Source: an uncultured Synergistales bacterium (GTDB taxonomy: Bacteria; Synergistota; Synergistia; Synergistales; Aminobacteriaceae). Taken from it: a stretch of 38,201 bases of DNA. Positions 36,703-38,201 of this stretch are shown here, piece by piece. The stretch spans positions 1 to 38,201 of the forward strand of contig CALCQG010000091.1 in the NCBI GenBank assembly GCA_937897575.1, in the 5' to 3' direction. The notes below the pieces were generated by a model. That model ran no database searches and had not been told where the DNA came from. It saw only the letters and a list, made by a program, of their open reading frames with translations. Numbering within the stretch: position 1 is the first letter of the stretch; each line of letters opens with the position of its first letter. The position numbers and the translations under genes were made by a program.

Positions 36703-38201
36703 ATGCTGACCCTGAAGAAAAAGATCCTCCTCATCGTCGCCGTCGCCGTTCTTCTGGCCTTCGGGTTCAGCTGGTTCCTGCTCTACGGCGTCGTCCGGGA
36801 GGGCTTGGTCCGGCAGACGGAACAGGACCTCTCCCGCCAGACGGCCTTCTTCGCCTCGACCCTCGAGCGCGGCGGCATACAGTCCTTCGAGCAGGAGCTC
36901 GAGCGTTGGAAGGGGCTTCTGCGGGGGCGCGTGACCCTCGTAGGCTCCGACGGACGGGTCCTGTCGGACACGGAGAGCGACCCCGCCCGCATGGAGAACC
37001 ACCTCTCCCGTCCGGAGGTCCTCTCCGCCCTTCGGGACGGCGAGGGCTCCATGCTGCGCTACAGCGGCACCACGAAGGTGCACTACCTCTACTTTGCCCG
37101 GAGGGCCACGGCGAACGGCGAACGGGTGGTCATCCGTTCGGCCTATCCCCTCGAGTCCCTCACCTCCGCCTTTGCCGAGATGAAGAACAAGTTCATCCTC
37201 TACCTCCTCGCGGGCGTGCTGATCGTGCTGCTCTTCGGAAGCGGCATGGTCCGCCTCTTCTTCCGGCCTCTGGAGCGGATCGTCGAGTCCGCCGGCCGGA
37301 TTGCCCGCGGCGAGGACATCCGGTTCCCCCTCATGAACGACCCCGAGCTCCAGCGTCTTTCGAGCGCCCTGGACGACATGTCCAGCCGGACGAAGAACGC
37401 CCTGGAGGAGCTCAAGACCGAGCGGGAGGACCTCGCCCGGATCGTCGTCGCCCTGCCCGTGGGGGTGCTGCTTCTCGACGAACAGCGCAAACTCCGGTAC
37501 ATCAACGCCGTGGCCGAGAAGCTGCTCGGCATCAAGCTGGATGCCGTGCCGGGCATCCCCGTGGAGCGGCTGCTCCCGTCGGGCGACATGTACCCCCTCG
37601 TCCTGTCCGCCATGCGCGGGGAGGAGCAGTGCGCCTTCTTCGACCTGCCGGAGCTCGGCAACCGCTATCTCCGGATCTGCTCCCGCAAGACGGCCACGGG
37701 CGTACTCCTCATCCTCACGGACCTCACGGAGGAGCGGCGTCTGGAGCAGGCGCGGCGGGACTTCATCGCCGACGCGGGGCACGAACTCCAGACCCCCCTC
37801 GCCTCCATCCGCCTCACGGCGGAGTATCTCCTCGGCGCCGAGGAGGAGGACAGGGAGCAGCAGCGCAGATATCTTGGGACCATCATCGCCCAACAGGAGC
37901 GCATGAGCAGCCTCGTGGACGACATGCTCCTCCTCTCCAGAATGGAGTCGGAACCAGCGTCGAAGGATGCCGAACAGGTCAATCTGGCCCATCTCCTCTC
38001 GGCCGTTGTGGACGAAAAACGGAACCTCCCCTTCGCGGCCAGGATCGAGTTCGCTTCCGACATCCCCGACAGGGCCTACACCTTCGTCCGGCGCGACGAC
38101 GTGGTCCGGGCGCTGGGCAACGTGGTGGAGAACGGGGTGAAGTATGTCCGGGAGAAGTTCGGCGACGAGCAGGGGGGTGAGAGAATTACAAAAAGGATGC
38201 A
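36703..38201 (+). CDS. phoR: Sensor histidine kinase PhoR (runs off the window end)
   Basis: ATG at 36703 with no stop to the window end. TM, MENH..RPEV, RYS.T, TM, HAMP, PAS-like region, H-box DAGHELQTPL and N-box NVVENGVKY. Confidence 0.88.
   Translation, partial: MLTLKKKILLIVAVAVLLAFGFSWFLLYGVVREGLVRQTEQDLSRQTAFFASTLERGGIQSFEQELERWKGLLRGRVTLVGSDGRVLSDTESDPARMENHLSRPEVLSALRDGEGSMLRYSGTTKVHYLYFARRATANGERVVIRSAYPLESLTSAFAEMKNKFILYLLAGVLIVLLFGSGMVRLFFRPLERIVESAGRIARGEDIRFPLMNDPELQRLSSALDDMSSRTKNALEELKTEREDLARIVVALPVGVLLLDEQRKLRYINAVAEKLLGIKLDAVPGIPVERLLPSGDMYPLVLSAMRGEEQCAFFDLPELGNRYLRICSRKTATGVLLILTDLTEERRLEQARRDFIADAGHELQTPLASIRLTAEYLLGAEEEDREQQRRYLGTIIAQQERMSSLVDDMLLLSRMESEPASKDAEQVNLAHLLSAVVDEKRNLPFAARIEFASDIPDRAYTFVRRDDVVRALGNVVENGVKYVREKFGDEQGGERITKRM

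Noticed and set aside
1..38201. CRISPR arrays, tRNA or rRNA genes
   Set aside because: No regularly spaced repeats, cloverleaf or rRNA signatures were seen.

Overview
GC-rich (~65% by eye) bacterial chromosome segment; gene content and style suggest an amino-acid-fermenting anaerobe such as Synergistota (inference). The backbone carries, in order: the 3' end of a cytosine deaminase, an acetamidase/formamidase with a signal peptide, an alpha/beta hydrolase, three tandem TauE/SafE paralogs, a 5-oxoprolinase operon (ycsG-pxpB-pxpC-pxpA-ycsI-like), modABC, a cobalamin riboswitch controlling an unknown gene, a dipeptidase, a decaying TetR/MFP/ABC efflux cassette, a cupin, a class II aldolase with an SSS symporter, a metallophosphoesterase, an Asp/Glu racemase and a pstSCAB-phoU-phoB-phoR operon. 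An AT-rich island of about 6.3 kb (~13870-20205) interrupts this backbone. It holds an IS481 relic, decayed gene fragments and a co-oriented module: M.PvuII-like methyltransferase, HerA/DUF87 ATPase, zinc-ribbon NurA nuclease and a HhH-GPD glycosylase-like protein. This module is the best candidate for an undescribed restriction-like defence system. Its herA gene is split exactly at an A_AAA_AAG -1 slippery heptamer, followed 5 nt later by a long imperfect hairpin. That could be programmed frameshifting, a recent mutation or a homopolymer sequencing error.
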